NCBI GenBank assembly: GCA_051294375.1
Contig: CM119263.1
Location: forward strand, 1,975,740-2,039,739
Direction: 5' to 3'
Source: Paraspadella gotoi
Taxonomy: Eukaryota > Animalia > Chaetognatha
Length of the DNA stretch: 64,000 nucleotides
How positions within the stretch are numbered: the stretch's first letter is position 1; each line of letters begins with the position of its first letter. Shown piece after piece: positions 10,545 through 24,024 of the stretch. The translations under genes and the position numbers were made by a program. The notes under the pieces were generated by a model. It did not search any database and was not told the origin of the DNA. It saw nothing but the letters and a program-made list of their open reading frames with translations.

Positions 10545-13500
10545 TCAAGCTGACGTCTCTTCCTTCACTGGATTTTCGCGATGCAGCGACGCATGGTGGC
10601 GTCGTCCACACGTTTGGCATCCCATGAGATTTGAGCACGACCTGGCCTGGTGTCCCTCCCCAAACACAGCATGCATAGTCCCTTCTCCTTCATCCATGTC
10701 GACCTGTCGTCTTCGCTCAGTTCTAGAAATTTTGAACATACCCCGGTGAAGTGAGTTTTTTCACAAAATTCACACTTTGACCTTCTCGGTCCTCTAGGTG
10801 CGTGCGTGTTGGGGTCAGAGTTCGGGTTCGGGTAAGTTTGTTTGTTCATTGTTTCCGTTTTCGTCGTTGTTGTTGTAGCTGCTCGAATTGCCACGTTGTT
10901 TCTGTGAAATCCGTAAGTCCTCGCGCTTGCGTTATTATTGTTATTTTCGTTCGTCTTTTCGTTATTGTTTGTTAAGTTTTGTTTCAGTAATAATCCCTTT
11001 CGTTCACTGACTTTAGATAATTCTTTAATCAATTCGATAAAATCGCCAAACTCCATTTCGAGATTCCCACTTTCCCGATCTTTCCCTTTCAAGATGGCCA
11101 TCTCGTGTCTGATCATCTTTTTAGAAACAGGGTTTGCCAAAAATGGTAATTTTTTTGAAATGATCTCAGTGTATGTCTCTTGCGTAGAGAATGTCGCGGC
11201 GCGATTCGTTTCCTTAGCGCGGATGTGAAATTTCTTCCATTTGGAGTATAAGGTGCGGACCCCGGCGTGGTCCTTGTCCGACAATTTCGGACCCTTCAGC
11301 AAATCCTCCAGCATTTGTTGTGCTGTGAAATTTTTTCTGCCGAATTCAATCGTCAACGCGCTCTTCACTTACCTAAAGCCTCTGGAAAATTCCCGGATGC
11401 CTCATGTTGTGAAACGATTATTCCCGCGTCTCCATCGAAAATATTCACGCAGCTCACCCATGAGCATTTCGTCCGTGACTCCCACAATATGATTTAGCGA
11501 CTCAAATAGATTCATTTGTGATTCGAAATCGACGCGACGATCCTTTCCGCTAAATTTTAGCTTCGGTCGTTTCTGTCTCATTAAACTCAGTGCTTGTTGT
11601 TGCGTTTGTAAGATGCAGAGTTGTGTAAGTGCGTCTTCTCGAGATTTTTCACCTTGAACCTTTTCTCTTACTGTCAGCCTCGACACGGACGGCGTTTCGG
11701 CGCGGCGCTCCCTCTCGTGGACACAACAACTCTCGTGAATTGGCGGTAGTTTCGAATATGATCGTGGTGCTTCAATTACGGGTTCCCCACACCTCCCTGT
11801 ATGTTTTGATTCAGGTTCTAACTCCGACGATGGCAACGGGCACGGCGGTGTTACTACGGGCGGCGGCGGCGGACGCGGCGGGCGTGGCGGCGGCGACGGG
11901 CGCAGCGGCGGCAACGGGCGCGGCGGCGGCAACAGACGCGGCGGCGGGACATGTGGAAGTGGTTCTTGACATACACTGGTTCTTCCATGACCGCGGCGGT
12001 TCGGCGGCATCGCGGACAACGCTGGATACTTTTCTCCGAATAGGCTACGCACCTCTCCAGTTTTTCCTTCAATTTCTTGCAATTTTATTAGAATTTCACG
12101 GTCGGTCGGTCCTCATTATTTTTAATTCCTCCCCCCCTCACCGTAGTGACGACGACCTTTGGAACGGTTGTGGACGATTCATCTTCGGCAATGTTTCGGC
12201 GGTCCTGTAGGGCGTGAACTCCTCGTCGGCGATCCTCTTGGGCGCGATCTCCTCGTCGGCTCTTTTCGCTACGGAGGCTTCTCGCGGTCAACGAATGTAC
12301 GTCGCCTGACCTACACGAGTACAAAATCGTCGCGGTACTGCTCTCATTCATACGTTTTAGCTTTTCTCTCACCATTCTTTCCTTTATAAACTTCGCTTCT
12401 TTCTTTTGATACTCGAATTCTACCTTCTTTCTCTCCGCTTCTAATTCTTCCGCTTGTCGTTTAATAGCCAACCCTTTCGCTTCAATTTCCATTCTCCTTT
12501 CATTAGCTTCGATTTCTAAATTCCTTCTCTCTACTTCTTCAAGTTCTTCTACCAACCTTCGACGTGAGTTTTTTCACAAAATTCGCACTTTGACCTTCTC
12601 GGTCCTCTAGGTGCGTGCTGTTGGGGTCAGAGTTCGGGTTCGGGTAAGTTTGTTTGTTCGTGTCTCCATTTTCGTCGTTGTTGTTGTAGCTGCTCGAATC
12701 GCCACATTGTTTCTGTGAAATCCGTAAGTCCTCGCGCTTGCGTTATTATTGTTATTTTCGTTCGTCTTTTCGTTATTGTTTGTTAAGTTTTGTTTCAGTA
12801 ATAATCCCTTTCGTTCACTAACTTTTGATAATTCTTTAATCAACTCGATAAAATCGCCAAACTCCATTTCGAGATTCCCACTTTCTCGATCTTTCCCTTT
12901 CAAGATGGCCATCTCGTGTCTGATCATCTTTTTAGAAACTGGATTTGCCAAAATGGTAATTTTTTTGAAATGATCTCAGTGTATGTCTCTTGCGTAGAGA
13001 ATGTTGCGGCGCGATTCGTTTCCTTAGCGCGGATGTGAAATTTCTCCATTTGGAGTATAAAGGTGCGGACCCCGGCGTGGTCCTTGTCCGACAATTTCGG
13101 ACCTTCAGCAAATCCTCCAGCATTTGTTGTGCTGTGAAATTTTTTCTGCCGAATTCAATCGTCAACGCGCTCTTCACTTTACCTAAAGCCTCTGGAAAAT
13201 TCCCGGATGCCTCATGTTGTGAAACGATTATTCCCGCGTCTCCATCGAAATATTCGCGCAGCTCACCCATGAGCATTTCGTCTGTGACTCCCACAATATG
13301 ATTTAGCGACTCAAATAGATTCATTTGTGATTCGAAATCGACTCGACGATCCTTTCCGCTAAATTTTAGCTTCGGTCGTTTTTGTCTCATTAGACTCAGT
13401 GCTTGTTGTTGCGTTTGTAAGATGCAGAGCTGTGTAAGTGTGTCTTCTCGAGATTTTTCACTTTGAACCTTTTCTCTTTCTGTCAGCCTCGACACGGACG

Positions 13501-15180
13501 GCGTTTCGGCGCGGCGCTCCCTCTCGTGGACACAACAACTCTCGTGAATTGGCGGTAGTTTCGAATATGATCGTGGTGCTTCAATTACGGGTTCCCCACA
13601 TCTCCCTGTATGTTTTGATTCAGGTTCTAACTCCGACGATGGCAACGGGCGCGGCGGTGTTACTACGGGCGGCGGCGGCGGACGCGGCGGGCGTGGCGGC
13701 GGCGACGGGCGCGGCGGCGGCAACGGGCGCGCGGCGGCAACGGACGCGGCGGCGGGACATGTGGAAGTGGTTCTTCGACATACACTGGCTCTACAGACCG
13801 CGGCGGTTTCCGGCGGCATCGCGGACAGCGCTGGATACTTTCTCCCGAATAGGCTACGCACCTCTCCAGTTTTTCCTTCAATTTCTTGCAATTTTATTAG
13901 AATTTCACGGTCGGTCGGTCCCTCATTATTTTTAATTCCTCCCTCCAGCCCCCTCACCGTAGTGACGACGACCTTTGGAACGGTTGTGGGCGATTCATCT
14001 TCGGCAATGTGTCGGCGGTCCTGTAGGGCGTGAACTCCTCGTCGGCGATCCTCTTGGGCGCGATCTCCTCGTCGGCTCTTTTCGCTACGGAGCTTCTCGC
14101 GGTCACGAACGTGCGTCGCCTGACCTACACGAGTACAAATCGTCGTCGGTACTGCTCTCATTCATACGTTTTAGCTTTTCTCTCACCATTCTTTCCTTTA
14201 ACTTCGCTTCTTTCTTTTGATACTCGAATTCTACCTTCTTTCTCTCCGCTTCTAATTCTTCCGCTTGTCGTTTAATAGCCAACCCTTTCGCTTCAATTTC
14301 CATTCTCCTTTCATTAGCTTCGATTTCTAAATTCCTTCTCTCTACTTCTTCAAGTTCTTCTACCAACCTTCGACGTACGGTCTCGCACGATGTCCGCGAC
14401 GAGTGGGTGGTGACCGTGGTGTTTTTCCTTGACGACACACGCTGATCCTTGAGTGAGTTGGCGACATGGGCGTTTCCTCCTTCGTACGCGGCGATTCCGG
14501 CGTGTCGGGCGTCGACGCGAGCCAACTGCGTACGCGCGGCAGCGGACTACTGTGAATAAAGGTGGGTTGGGGTCTTTTGCGGGGGAACACGGCGATCCCG
14601 CCAATTCCTCAACGGTCATTAATTCCTCTTCATTCCCTTCCTCTTCCCCTCCTCAGATTTCGGATTCGATTTCAACGCGGCGCTCGGATCAATCGCAAAA
14701 ACAATAGGACAATTCCTCATCACGTACGGTACGGACTCAGGCGAATCCTCATTTAAATATCTACGTACTCGGTCGGTTTTCGAACAATGGGTGCAATGCA
14801 ATGAAATGAGATAATTCACAATACAATGTCCAAACGCGCTCCCGGGCTCCATTAGCTTTGCGAGCGGTTCGAACCGAGAGCTCGACCGTGGCTTCATGAT
14901 ACGCGATCTCGAAATTCTCTAATTCATCTTTTAATTTATTTAAAAACGATCGGACCCCTCGTCCGTTCATGTTGTTAGGATCATTTAAATAGCCGTTTTT
15001 TTCTGCCAAGGTCTCGCTCATGCCATCGCCAATCGGCGTAGGCCTGGCCATACTCACTTTGACGTCGACTTCGATGAAAAAACGTGTCCTTCTTCCGGTC
15101 CTCGTTCGAGCGCGGGCGTCGACGACGTCCTCGAGGCGGCGTTGTCAGGTTCGTATACAGTGATTCGTCAGTGTACGACC
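10545..15180 (-). CDS. Gag (coiled coil, Pro-rich linker, capsid-like region, three Cys/His knuckles); fragmented and internally duplicated
   Basis: CEFCEKTHFTGVC, CMLC..EGHQARSC and CQTCGRRHHASLH form the triple-knuckle pattern of BEL/Pao gag. KLKFSG motif upstream. Confidence 0.85.
10751..14375. repeat. Tandem duplication of ~1.8 kb of gag (10751-12565 and 12564-14375)
   Basis: Both copies begin GTGAGTTTTTTCACAAAATTC and end ACCAACCTTCGACGT. No N gap at the junction. Confidence 0.92.
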
Positions 15181-17470
15181 GGTTCGAAAAAACTGGCCCG
15201 AAAAATTTTAATTTCCCGATTTTTTCTCCTTCCGCAGGAACCAGTGTCCCTACGAAGCTCGAAAGCCCGGCGACGCCCGAAGACTATTCGCAGGGTTATT
15301 GAATTTATCTAGCTGAATTTCGGTGGACCAAAGGTCCTCCTAGTTCGGCCGGTTCTCGAATGTAGTCAATGTCCCACCCGAAGCTATTTAGTTTTGAATA
15401 TAAAGTAAAAAACGCTACTTTTTGAGAACCTGATTTTACTGTCTGTCAATAAGTCAAATGCCAGTGTCAGAACGATCAAATAAATGTATTGTGAAGTGTT
15501 CAAAACCTTTAACAGTGTCAATTGATGATCAATAAATCACTTATTATTTCAATGTTCATTTCAATTAAATACTCACTAATCTGGCAAGTGAACAATGACC
15601 ATTTTCATAAAACCGCTATTTTGTTGAAATTAATCCCCGCCGGCTCCGCGCTTCCTCCTCCAAAACGTCTATCGCCAAATTCTAACTGCCTAGATACGCG
15701 TGTAAACAATGGTAACTAAGTACANNNNNNNNNNNNNNNNNNNNNNNNNACGGCTCGCACGATGTCCGCGACGAGTGGGTGGTGACCGTGGTGTTTTTCC
15801 TTGACGACACGACGCTGATCCTTGAATGGGTTGGCGACATGGGCGTTTCCTCCTTCGTACGCGGCGATTCCGGCGTGTCGGGCGTCGACGCGAGCCAACT
15901 GCGTACGCGCCGGCAGCGGACTACTGTGAAAAAGTGGGTTGGGGTCTTTTGCGGGGGAACACGGCGATCCCGCCAATTCCTCAACGGTCATTAATTCCTC
16001 TTCATTCCCTTCCTCTTCCCCTCCTCAGATTTCGGATTCGATTTCAACGCGGCGCTCGGATCAATCGCAAAAACAATAGGACAATTCCTCATCACGTACG
16101 GTACGGACTCAGGCGAATCCTCATTTAAATATCTACGTACTCGGTCGGTTTTCGAACAATGGGTGCAATGCAATGAAATGAGATAATTCACATACAATGT
16201 CCAAACGCGCTCCGGGCTCCATTAGCTTTGCGAGCGGTTCGAACCGAGAGCCTGACCGTGGCTTCATGATACGCGATCTCGAAATTCTCTAATTCATCTT
16301 TTAATTTATTTAAAAACGATCGGACCCCTCGTCCGTTCATGTTGTTAGGATCATTTAAAATAGCCGTTTTTTTCTGCCAAGGTCTCGCTCATGCCATCGC
16401 CAATCGGCGTAGGCCTGGCCATACTCACTTTGACGTCGACTTCGATGAAAAAACGTGTCCTTCTTCCGGTCCTCGTTCGAGCGCGGGCGTCGACGACGTC
16501 CTCGAGGCGGCGTTGTCGCCGGTTCGTATACAGTGAATTCGTCAATGTACGACCGGTTCGAAAAAACTGGCCCGAAAAATTTTAATTTCCCGATTTTTTC
16601 TCCTTCCGCAGGAACCAGTGTCCCTACGAAGCTCGAAAGCCCGGCGACGCCCGAAGACTATTCGCAGGGTTATTGAATATTATCTAGCTGAATTTCGGTG
16701 AACCAAAGGTCCTCCTAGTTCGGCCGGTTCTCGAATGTAGTCAATGTCCCACCACTTACTACCACCCGCAATCCCGAAGCAAGCATAAGTAATTTCTAGT
16801 TTTTTTGGAAATCATATAAAGCTAAAAAAAAAACGCTACCTCTAATCTTTCGGTCGATAACCACTCATCCACGAACATCACCTAATACCTACCACTAACC
16901 TTGATATCCAAACAGTCCACTCGCCAATTTATCATTATTTTTTAATACAAATACGTGGATCAATAACGTATCAACATGCCATTATGGGAATGTCAAGTAA
17001 TAGTTAACGCATCAAACATAAATGTTATTAGTGAAAGTTGTTAACAAAAAGATCAGAGTTTCAAAACCTTTAACAGATAACTCACGTAACAGTGTCAATT
17101 GTAATGATGAGTTTATGGAAAAATTAGTAAAACAAAAATCAATAAGAGAAATGACTTAATATATGTTGAGGAGTCTAATCTTCATTTCAATTAAATAATG
17201 AATAAAGAGGTTAAAATAATTTTTTTCTTACTTTTATAAATCTCAGGCATCATAAAGTTTTTTTTACTGTTGTATAGTTAGACAAAATATGGACTACTAT
17301 GTGTGCAAACCTCTGTTATAACCGCTATTTTGTTGAAAATTAAAGCCCGCCCGGGACTTCCGCCGGCGAGAAAGTTCAACTTCTTCTGTGATATTATACA
17401 ATAAAAACGAATATCTATCGCCAAATGTTTCTAACCTGAACTAACTATCGTCGGATACGCAGTATGGTAA
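14380..17470. repeat. Duplicated 5' gag and upstream region across an N gap (14380-15720 vs 15750-17470), probably a redundant contig overlap
   Basis: Near-identical up to ~15375 and ~16750. After that the second copy is the first padded with scattered small insertions. Confidence 0.85.
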
Positions 17471-20159
17471 ACCCATATAAATCCAATTCCCACTTTCACA
17501 TTTGCCAGCTTTTGGGTAAACACAAAAAGGTAAAAATAACGCGATCTTTACCAGTATAAAAGTCATTGTTATTTTATTCTCGCACCGCAATTTTCCTCTC
17601 TATACGTCGATGTTACGCTTAAAAATACTAATTCACCAGCTGTCAATTCTTACTTATTTCGCGCACATCTGTTCTTCAGTAATATTCTACTTGAAGGCTA
17701 TGGCTAAAGATTTCCCGTCCCGTCCACTTCGCCTTAAGCAGTCCCTTAATATATTTATATGTAAAAATAATGGTTATTTTTCACTAAATTTGTGTACATA
17801 AAATATTATTAATTTCTAAAGGTTTAAAAATATTTAACCCATTTTTATCCAAAGAAAAATAAAAAGTAAGGTAAAGTTAAATAAATGATTTATAGAGAAG
17901 AAACTCTAACTAAAGTAAAATACATGAGAGCATTTTCTAACCATGTTAGTGGGACAGAGCTGGATCGGACGAATATACCGACCAGGACCGACGGACCTTT
18001 CACCTTTAAAACTATAAAAAAATTTCTCAAGTCGCATGGCCGGACACGTATCCTTCCTACGCTCCACAATCTGAACATAAATCTTACCCAAGGCGACCGT
18101 TCTTTCGCCATCCACTCCCGTTGAGTCACCGCTTATCAAAAATTAAGAGAGAATATTAACTATTAAATAAATAATCCCAAAGTGAATAAAAAATAACGAT
18201 AAAATAAAATTATTGTTCTCCCGTCATCCCGCGTGGGCGTCCACCATTTTGGAAAAAAAAAAAAATCTCGATGTTTGCCGCAAGGTTTTTGGACGCGCGG
18301 CGCGGTCTTTTGCTCGTGCTTCTTTAGACGATGTGGGCGATAAATATTTGGTATGTATGGCACCCAGAGAAAGTCGAGGACGGAGACGGATGGCGGAGCG
18401 GTTGTCGGAGAAGAGAGAGGAGAGAGAGAGAGGTAGAAGAGAGAGAGAAGAGACGAGACTTTGGGTTTTAGAAGCAGTAACGGTGGAAATAAATAGATAA
18501 AGATTAGCGACGACAGGCGGGACGGACCGAAAGATTTAAGACCCACATTGTGCCCGGGATCGTTATACGCTCCATCAGTTATTGTTGAAATTTTTGTTCC
18601 TTTCTTTATGGAATTTAAAACGAGGGGCGAAAAGAATAAATAATCTGTTTCTCTCTATTTCATAATTCCAAAGGAAAACCTTATTGTAATAATAGATGCA
18701 CATTTTAAAAAACATCGGGAATCGTTATAAACGAAGAAATCAATCAGAAACTCGAGAGAAGAATATAATCATACAGTGAACTTCAAAATGTCATTTAATC
18801 AAATACGCATTCCGCTTGGTTGGGGACCAAGGTCCCAGTCGTTCGATGAGACTATAACATTCCTTGCGCTTTTCTCTCGTAACTCGCTCGGTGGGGAAGC
18901 ATGTTTTCTTTTTTATTCTGACTCGACACTAAGAATGTCATGGGAAGGAAAGAATCGTGAATTCGCCTGCGAAAGAAACTTTTTTTCAGAATTTCGATTT
19001 GATAAGAACAAGACCCGAGCGTTAAGGAGTTTATCGTTATTCTTTTACCATGTGGAAATAATGTTGAATTAACGAATTCGACGCGAGGATGTGAAACGTT
19101 AAGATTGTGAAGATGTGAAAGAACGTCACATTCGATCGAATGAAAAAAGTACAAATGAAAAACCTGTGTACGACCCGGAAACCGCCGAAAGTTTTATATT
19201 CCGTCTTTTGATGATTTGCCCTCCACTCCGTGTTGATTACGACTCATCAACACCGGACACTGGACTGCCTAGAAGAGTAATGACAAAGCACGACGACCAG
19301 TCAGCCATATGCGAACGAGTGACGAAAAACGACGCACGACGACGATGTGAGCGCTGTACGAGAAAAAACGACGTACGACGAGTGAACGTGAAACCGACGA
19401 CCGACGTCGACGTACGAGGAGAAAAGACCGATCTGATGATTGACAAGATGACAACCCCTTCGCTCCGATGACGACGCGGCATGACGACTGAAAACTCGAC
19501 GATGATCACAGAACACCACTCAGACCAAACAAAAACCCATATACGGTTGTACTAGTCTCTCTCTCTCATCTCTCTCTCACATTTTTTTACATACTTGTAC
19601 ATGTACATAATATCGCATGCTACGGCTCTCTCTTACGTCCTGTGATTGCATAAATATGAGTTCTGTCGACGTATTAACATAGTATAGATGAGACAGCAAG
19701 ACTAGAATCAATGATCAATGATGGACGAAATTCAAATCTTCTCTCTCTCTCTCTCTCTTCTCTTCTCATCTCTCTCTCTCGATGCGATCCTCTGCCTCGT
19801 ATTGTCTCTACCTCTCTCGTCTCTCTCTCTCTCTCCACACGTGATACTTTGAAATTTTCTTTTTGATTTTTACTCCATCTGAACCTTTTCTGTAAACTCC
19901 TTGTAACTTATGTATTTTCATATACTGCCAACATTTTCACTAAATTTAGTATCTCCCCTTCGCACCTTTTTTCGTCCGACGACGCTTCTCTGTCTTTGGC
20001 CGTATAGGATAACGCATATAAATATTCTCGTTAACACTTTACATTATCGATGAATCATTAACAAGCGCAGTTACTTTTTTTTCTCTTCTTCCTCTCTCTC
20101 TCCCTCTCTCTCTCCTCTCTTTCTTTTCTCCCTCTCTTTCTTTCTCTCACTCTCTCTCG

Positions 20160-20192
<33 letters not shown>

Positions 20193-20216
20193 ATCTCTCT
20201 CTTCTTTTCTCTCTCT

Positions 20217-20249
<33 letters not shown>

Positions 20250-20799
20250 CTCTCTCTCTCCTCTCCCGTCTCTCTCTCTCTCCTCTCTCAGCTTCCATCC
20301 TCAATTCTCTTCTTTCATTTGTGTACAGATGAGAATAATTTGCAAAACTAAATTAATATGCAAATTCATTGTTTCATTCTCGAAACTGCGTAAAGTTTAA
20401 AAAAAAGATTTTTTTTCAAAAAACTATGATGATCATTGTGCTCATGGTGTTTAACTATTCCTCCTTTTTTGCAAGTTAATGTCTTGCGTTTACTGACCTA
20501 AATCGTACCCTATACGACAATACGTTTATCAATAGCTGCCCATTTAACTTAAAACGAAGCGTCTGAATTTAGTTTGAGCGGATTTCTAACCGATAATTCA
20601 AGGTCAAAGATAGCTTGATCATTGCACACAGGAGATTAAGGTTCAGATCTATAGCAGTATATTTATAGATTGCGGTTGAAGATATTGCCTGGGATGGGAT
20701 TAGGAAGACTAGAAAAACCGGGCGTTACGTATAGTAAAACAGTTCTGCCTTTTTATTTAGTTTGAAGCTAAAAAGTATGAACTTACCTAACAATATATT

Positions 20800-21480
20800 T
20801 AAAACAAACGCGTCACGTACAACGCTTAGCGACTATTCGGCACACGTCCCATCATAGCAAAAAGCCCCAATAACTCGTGATTAGCTGGTTGGATCGGAAT
20901 GAAATTTTGTGTATGGGTAGGAACATGTGTGATGAAGTTGGATATGAAGTTTCGACGGAATCGTGCGAGTGGATATGAGTTTAAATGGAAAAAATATAAG
21001 TCGCATTTACTAAAATCTTTTTACTTATTTTAAATAATAAATACTCTAATTAATCATAATTGGACGGATAGATTGAGTTGAAAATTTGTGTGTGGCTAGG
21101 AAAATGTGTGACGAAGCTTGATATAAAGTTTCGGTACGAGTGGAAATGAGTTTAAATGAAAAAAATATGAGTCACATTTACTTGACTCTTTTTACTTATT
21201 TTAACCCATAATAGATTGAAATGAAATTTTGTGAGCGGGAAGGAAAGTTTGTAAAGAAGCTAGATATAAAGTTTTGACGGAATTGTGCCAGTGGAAATGA
21301 GTTTAAATGGAAAAAATATAAGTCACATTTATTTTATTTTAAGGACATCGATGATAATAAGCTGTATATAAATTTATAATTAATTATTAAATATTAAAAT
21401 TAATTAATTAATTAATTGAATAATTAATTAATTAATTATTTTTCGTAGGCAGATCCAACATTGTTTGCTCAAACTTGTTT
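20800..21480 (+). mobile_element. DINE-1/Helentron-like non-autonomous repeat, family 1 (5'-truncated)
   Basis: Internal tandem subunits (GAAATTTTGTGTGTGGGTAGGAA...GGAAATGAGTTTAAATGGAAAAAA) and the 3' end GCAGATCCAACATTG...CAAACTTGTT are shared with the 21602-22301 copy. Confidence 0.6.
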
Positions 21481-21601
21481 AGACATTAGTTATTGCTTAC
21501 TTCTAAATCCTTACAAGTTACCGCATAACCTTTAAACACTTAAATATCAAAACTCTTTTATTAATCTACCTTTGTTAATAATTACTAAAATTCATACCCC
21601 C

Positions 21602-22301
21602 TTTTTAGTCGGATCAGCTTATCAGCAGATCCCGACTGTATAATTCACTTTGTCGGTCCGTCGGTCCACCACCCCAATCTTGTCGAGCATTCACTTATAT
21701 CATGTCAGAACATCGAATTATGATAAATTATGCAAAAAAAATCAGGTCCGTCCGTCTGTCTGTCTGTCCGTCCATCCCACCTTAACAAAAAAACACCAAT
21801 TACTCGTGATTGGATGGATGGATTGGAATAAAATTTTGTGTGGGTAGGGAAGTGTGTGATTGAGCTGGATATGAAGTTTCGATGGAATCGTCCAAGTGGA
21901 AATGAGTTTAAATGGAAAAAACAAAAAAATAGATTTCATTATTTGAACACCAATTACTCATGAGTGGATGGGGCAATTGACCTGGAATTTTGTATGTGGG
22001 TAAGGAATTGTGTGATTAAGCTGGAAATCAAGTTTCGATAGAATTGTTAGAGTGAAAATGAGTTTAAATGGAAAAAAACAAAAAAACCTGCTTCACTAAT
22101 TGATTATGCTTCTTTTTCTTTTTATATTCAGATGTATAAATTAATCAAATAATTAATCAGTTAATTAATCAATTAGTAAATTAATTAATCAATTATTAAT
22201 TAATCAGTCAAATAATCAATCAAAACAAACATTAATTATTAATTAATTAATTACAGATAATGATCGTGGGCAGATCCGACATTGTTTTTTCAAACTTGTT
22301 T
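21602..22301 (+). mobile_element. DINE-1/Helentron-like non-autonomous repeat, family 1 (apparently full length)
   Basis: T-run start, 5' GTCGGATC with a nearby inverted GCAGATCCCGAC, a GTCY microsatellite, then 3' GCAGATCCGAC, a short hairpin and a CTTGTTT end. This matches the described DINE-1/HINE layout. Confidence 0.65.
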
Positions 22302-22368
22302 ATTTACCATAATTTGAATCGATAGTTACAATAATTAATTTCTACTATTTAATTTTCTATATTTGAAG

Positions 22369-23461
22369 GTTCCCCAGCTCTGACGTCCATGGGCATGATA
22401 GCTCTCGTTTTCGTCGTCATGGTAGCGTGTTGGATGTAGGGAGGAAACAAGGATCAGCTCCATCCCCTACCGGCGCAAGAACAAAAGGACATCGGCAAAC
22501 AAGTGAGCAAACTATGGAGATTTTCCATTCAATTAATCATTCTATGACTAATAAAGAAATTATTAAAGAATGCGTATTATGAAAAAAATGACTAATTCAA
22601 TGAATAAAATTAATGAATCACTCAATGAATAAACGAATGAATAAGTTACAGAATGTATAAATGAATGATGAACGAATGAACCCTTGAAAGAATAAATGAA
22701 TGAATGAAGCACTGAAAGAATTAATTAATTATGAAAAAATGAATTAATGAAAAATTGAACGAATGAATAAATGAATGATTCACTGAGGGATAGAATTAAT
22801 CAATGAATGAATTAATGGATAGATAAATGAACAAAATAATGAATAAAACACTAAATGAATAAATTAATGAAACACTGAATGAATGTATGAATTAATGAAT
22901 AAATGAATCAATGAATTAAAATCCCAATTTCTCCAGAACGACGAAGAGGAAGAAGAGATCGACATACAAGAAGTTCCTCGTGAGAAACGCGACGACGACG
23001 ACGACGACGACGACGACTACAGACGATCGAGCGTGTCGACGATCGAGGAAGTTCTCGTCACCCAACGCCTTCGTCGAGCATCCGTCCTCAAGAACAGGAT
23101 ATCCAACGCTTTCGTCAGAGAAGAGAGCGAAGGAGAGGGTGGAGGGGGCGGAGGTGGTGCTGTGAGTGATGGAGTCGGTGTGGATGATGGCAGGGGTGAT
23201 GGGGGCAGCGGCGGCGGCGGCGGTGAGAGAAAAGAGAGTCAAAGCAGCCAGAAAAGAAAAAAAGACTCGAAGGTCGAAGCCGTCAATTCCTGCGCTGCTG
23301 GAGAAGCCGTCGCTGCCAAAGACGCCCCCGCCGCTGCAGCTTCTGTCGCAGACTCGACGCCTCTCGAGAGGAAGGAGAGCGAAGGGGCAGCGGCTGCTGC
23401 AGCGGAGGCGGTGGAGGAGGCGGGGTCGACGACAACGCCCACGGCGGAGGAAAATGTGTGA
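22369..23461 (+). CDS. Last two candidate exons (22369-22502, 22937-23461) of an unknown membrane protein, with an in-frame TAG at 22437
   Basis: AG and GTGAGC, then TTTCTCCAG splice sites in matching phase 0. Encodes a hydrophobic MGMIALVFVVMVACWM segment and an acidic, Gly/Ala-rich tail ending EENV*. Both are GC-rich islands in AT-rich DNA. Confidence 0.5.
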
Positions 23462-24024
23462 CGAAAGGTTTCGTCGTCGCATCGACCGATATTTTTGACT
23501 TAATTAGGACCGAAGTTTCGTTTTTAACAACAAAAGTTAAGAAATAATTTTAATAGTTTAAATAAAATAGAAACCAGGTCAAAATTTTAATTTCTTTTTT
23601 TCTTTATTAGAAAAATCTTCTCTTTTGTATTTATAGATTTAAATATCAATATGGTTTGTTCTTTAATACTTTGTTTAAGATGACTAACTTATCGTATATA
23701 TCTCTAGCAGAAGTATACTGAACTGCAGAAAAAAAATATCACTTTTTTATTGATAACATTTTTGGAGGTTATCGTCGACGTCATTTACGATTCTCACGTT
23801 TAAAATCAATCAAATGTTAAAAAATATAGCAGATAAATTATAATCACGTGTAGTCTATAAACACAACTTTTCACAACCTAAAAAATAAGCAAGTTTTACT
23901 GGTCCATTTTTTAGTTTTAAAAAAGTCAAACCTCTTCACAGACAAAACAATCAAACGATTCATATGAGGTAAATTTAATTGTTTTTATATAATAGTGATT
24001 TCCTTAACTTTCGTGATTTTTACC

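Larger units (their letters stand above)
1..15330 (-). mobile_element. BEL/Pao-superfamily LTR retrotransposon with gag-pol, a long multi-ORF 3' region, putative PPT and start of the 3' LTR; 5' boundary approximate
   Basis: Domain order on the minus strand is gag (3 Cys/His knuckles), PR, RT, RNase H, IN, with BEL/Pao-type motifs. A purine tract at 200-185 is followed by TG at 183. No matching 5' LTR seen in the window. Confidence 0.85.

Noticed and set aside
805-14275. Plus-strand ORFs overlapping the retroelement (e.g. 805-1356, 5507-5980, 11629-12210)
   Set aside because: They are antisense shadows of the minus-strand coding frames.
6376-15180. Frameshifts in gag-pol as programmed frameshifting or true decay
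   Set aside because: They are numerous, differ between duplicate copies and often fall in homopolymers, which fits uncorrected read errors. The element's real intactness cannot be judged.
19115-19520. 118-aa ORF in a GAC-rich patch as an upstream exon of the 22.4-kb gene
   Set aside because: The sequence is noisy, with no recognisable motif or clear splice sites.
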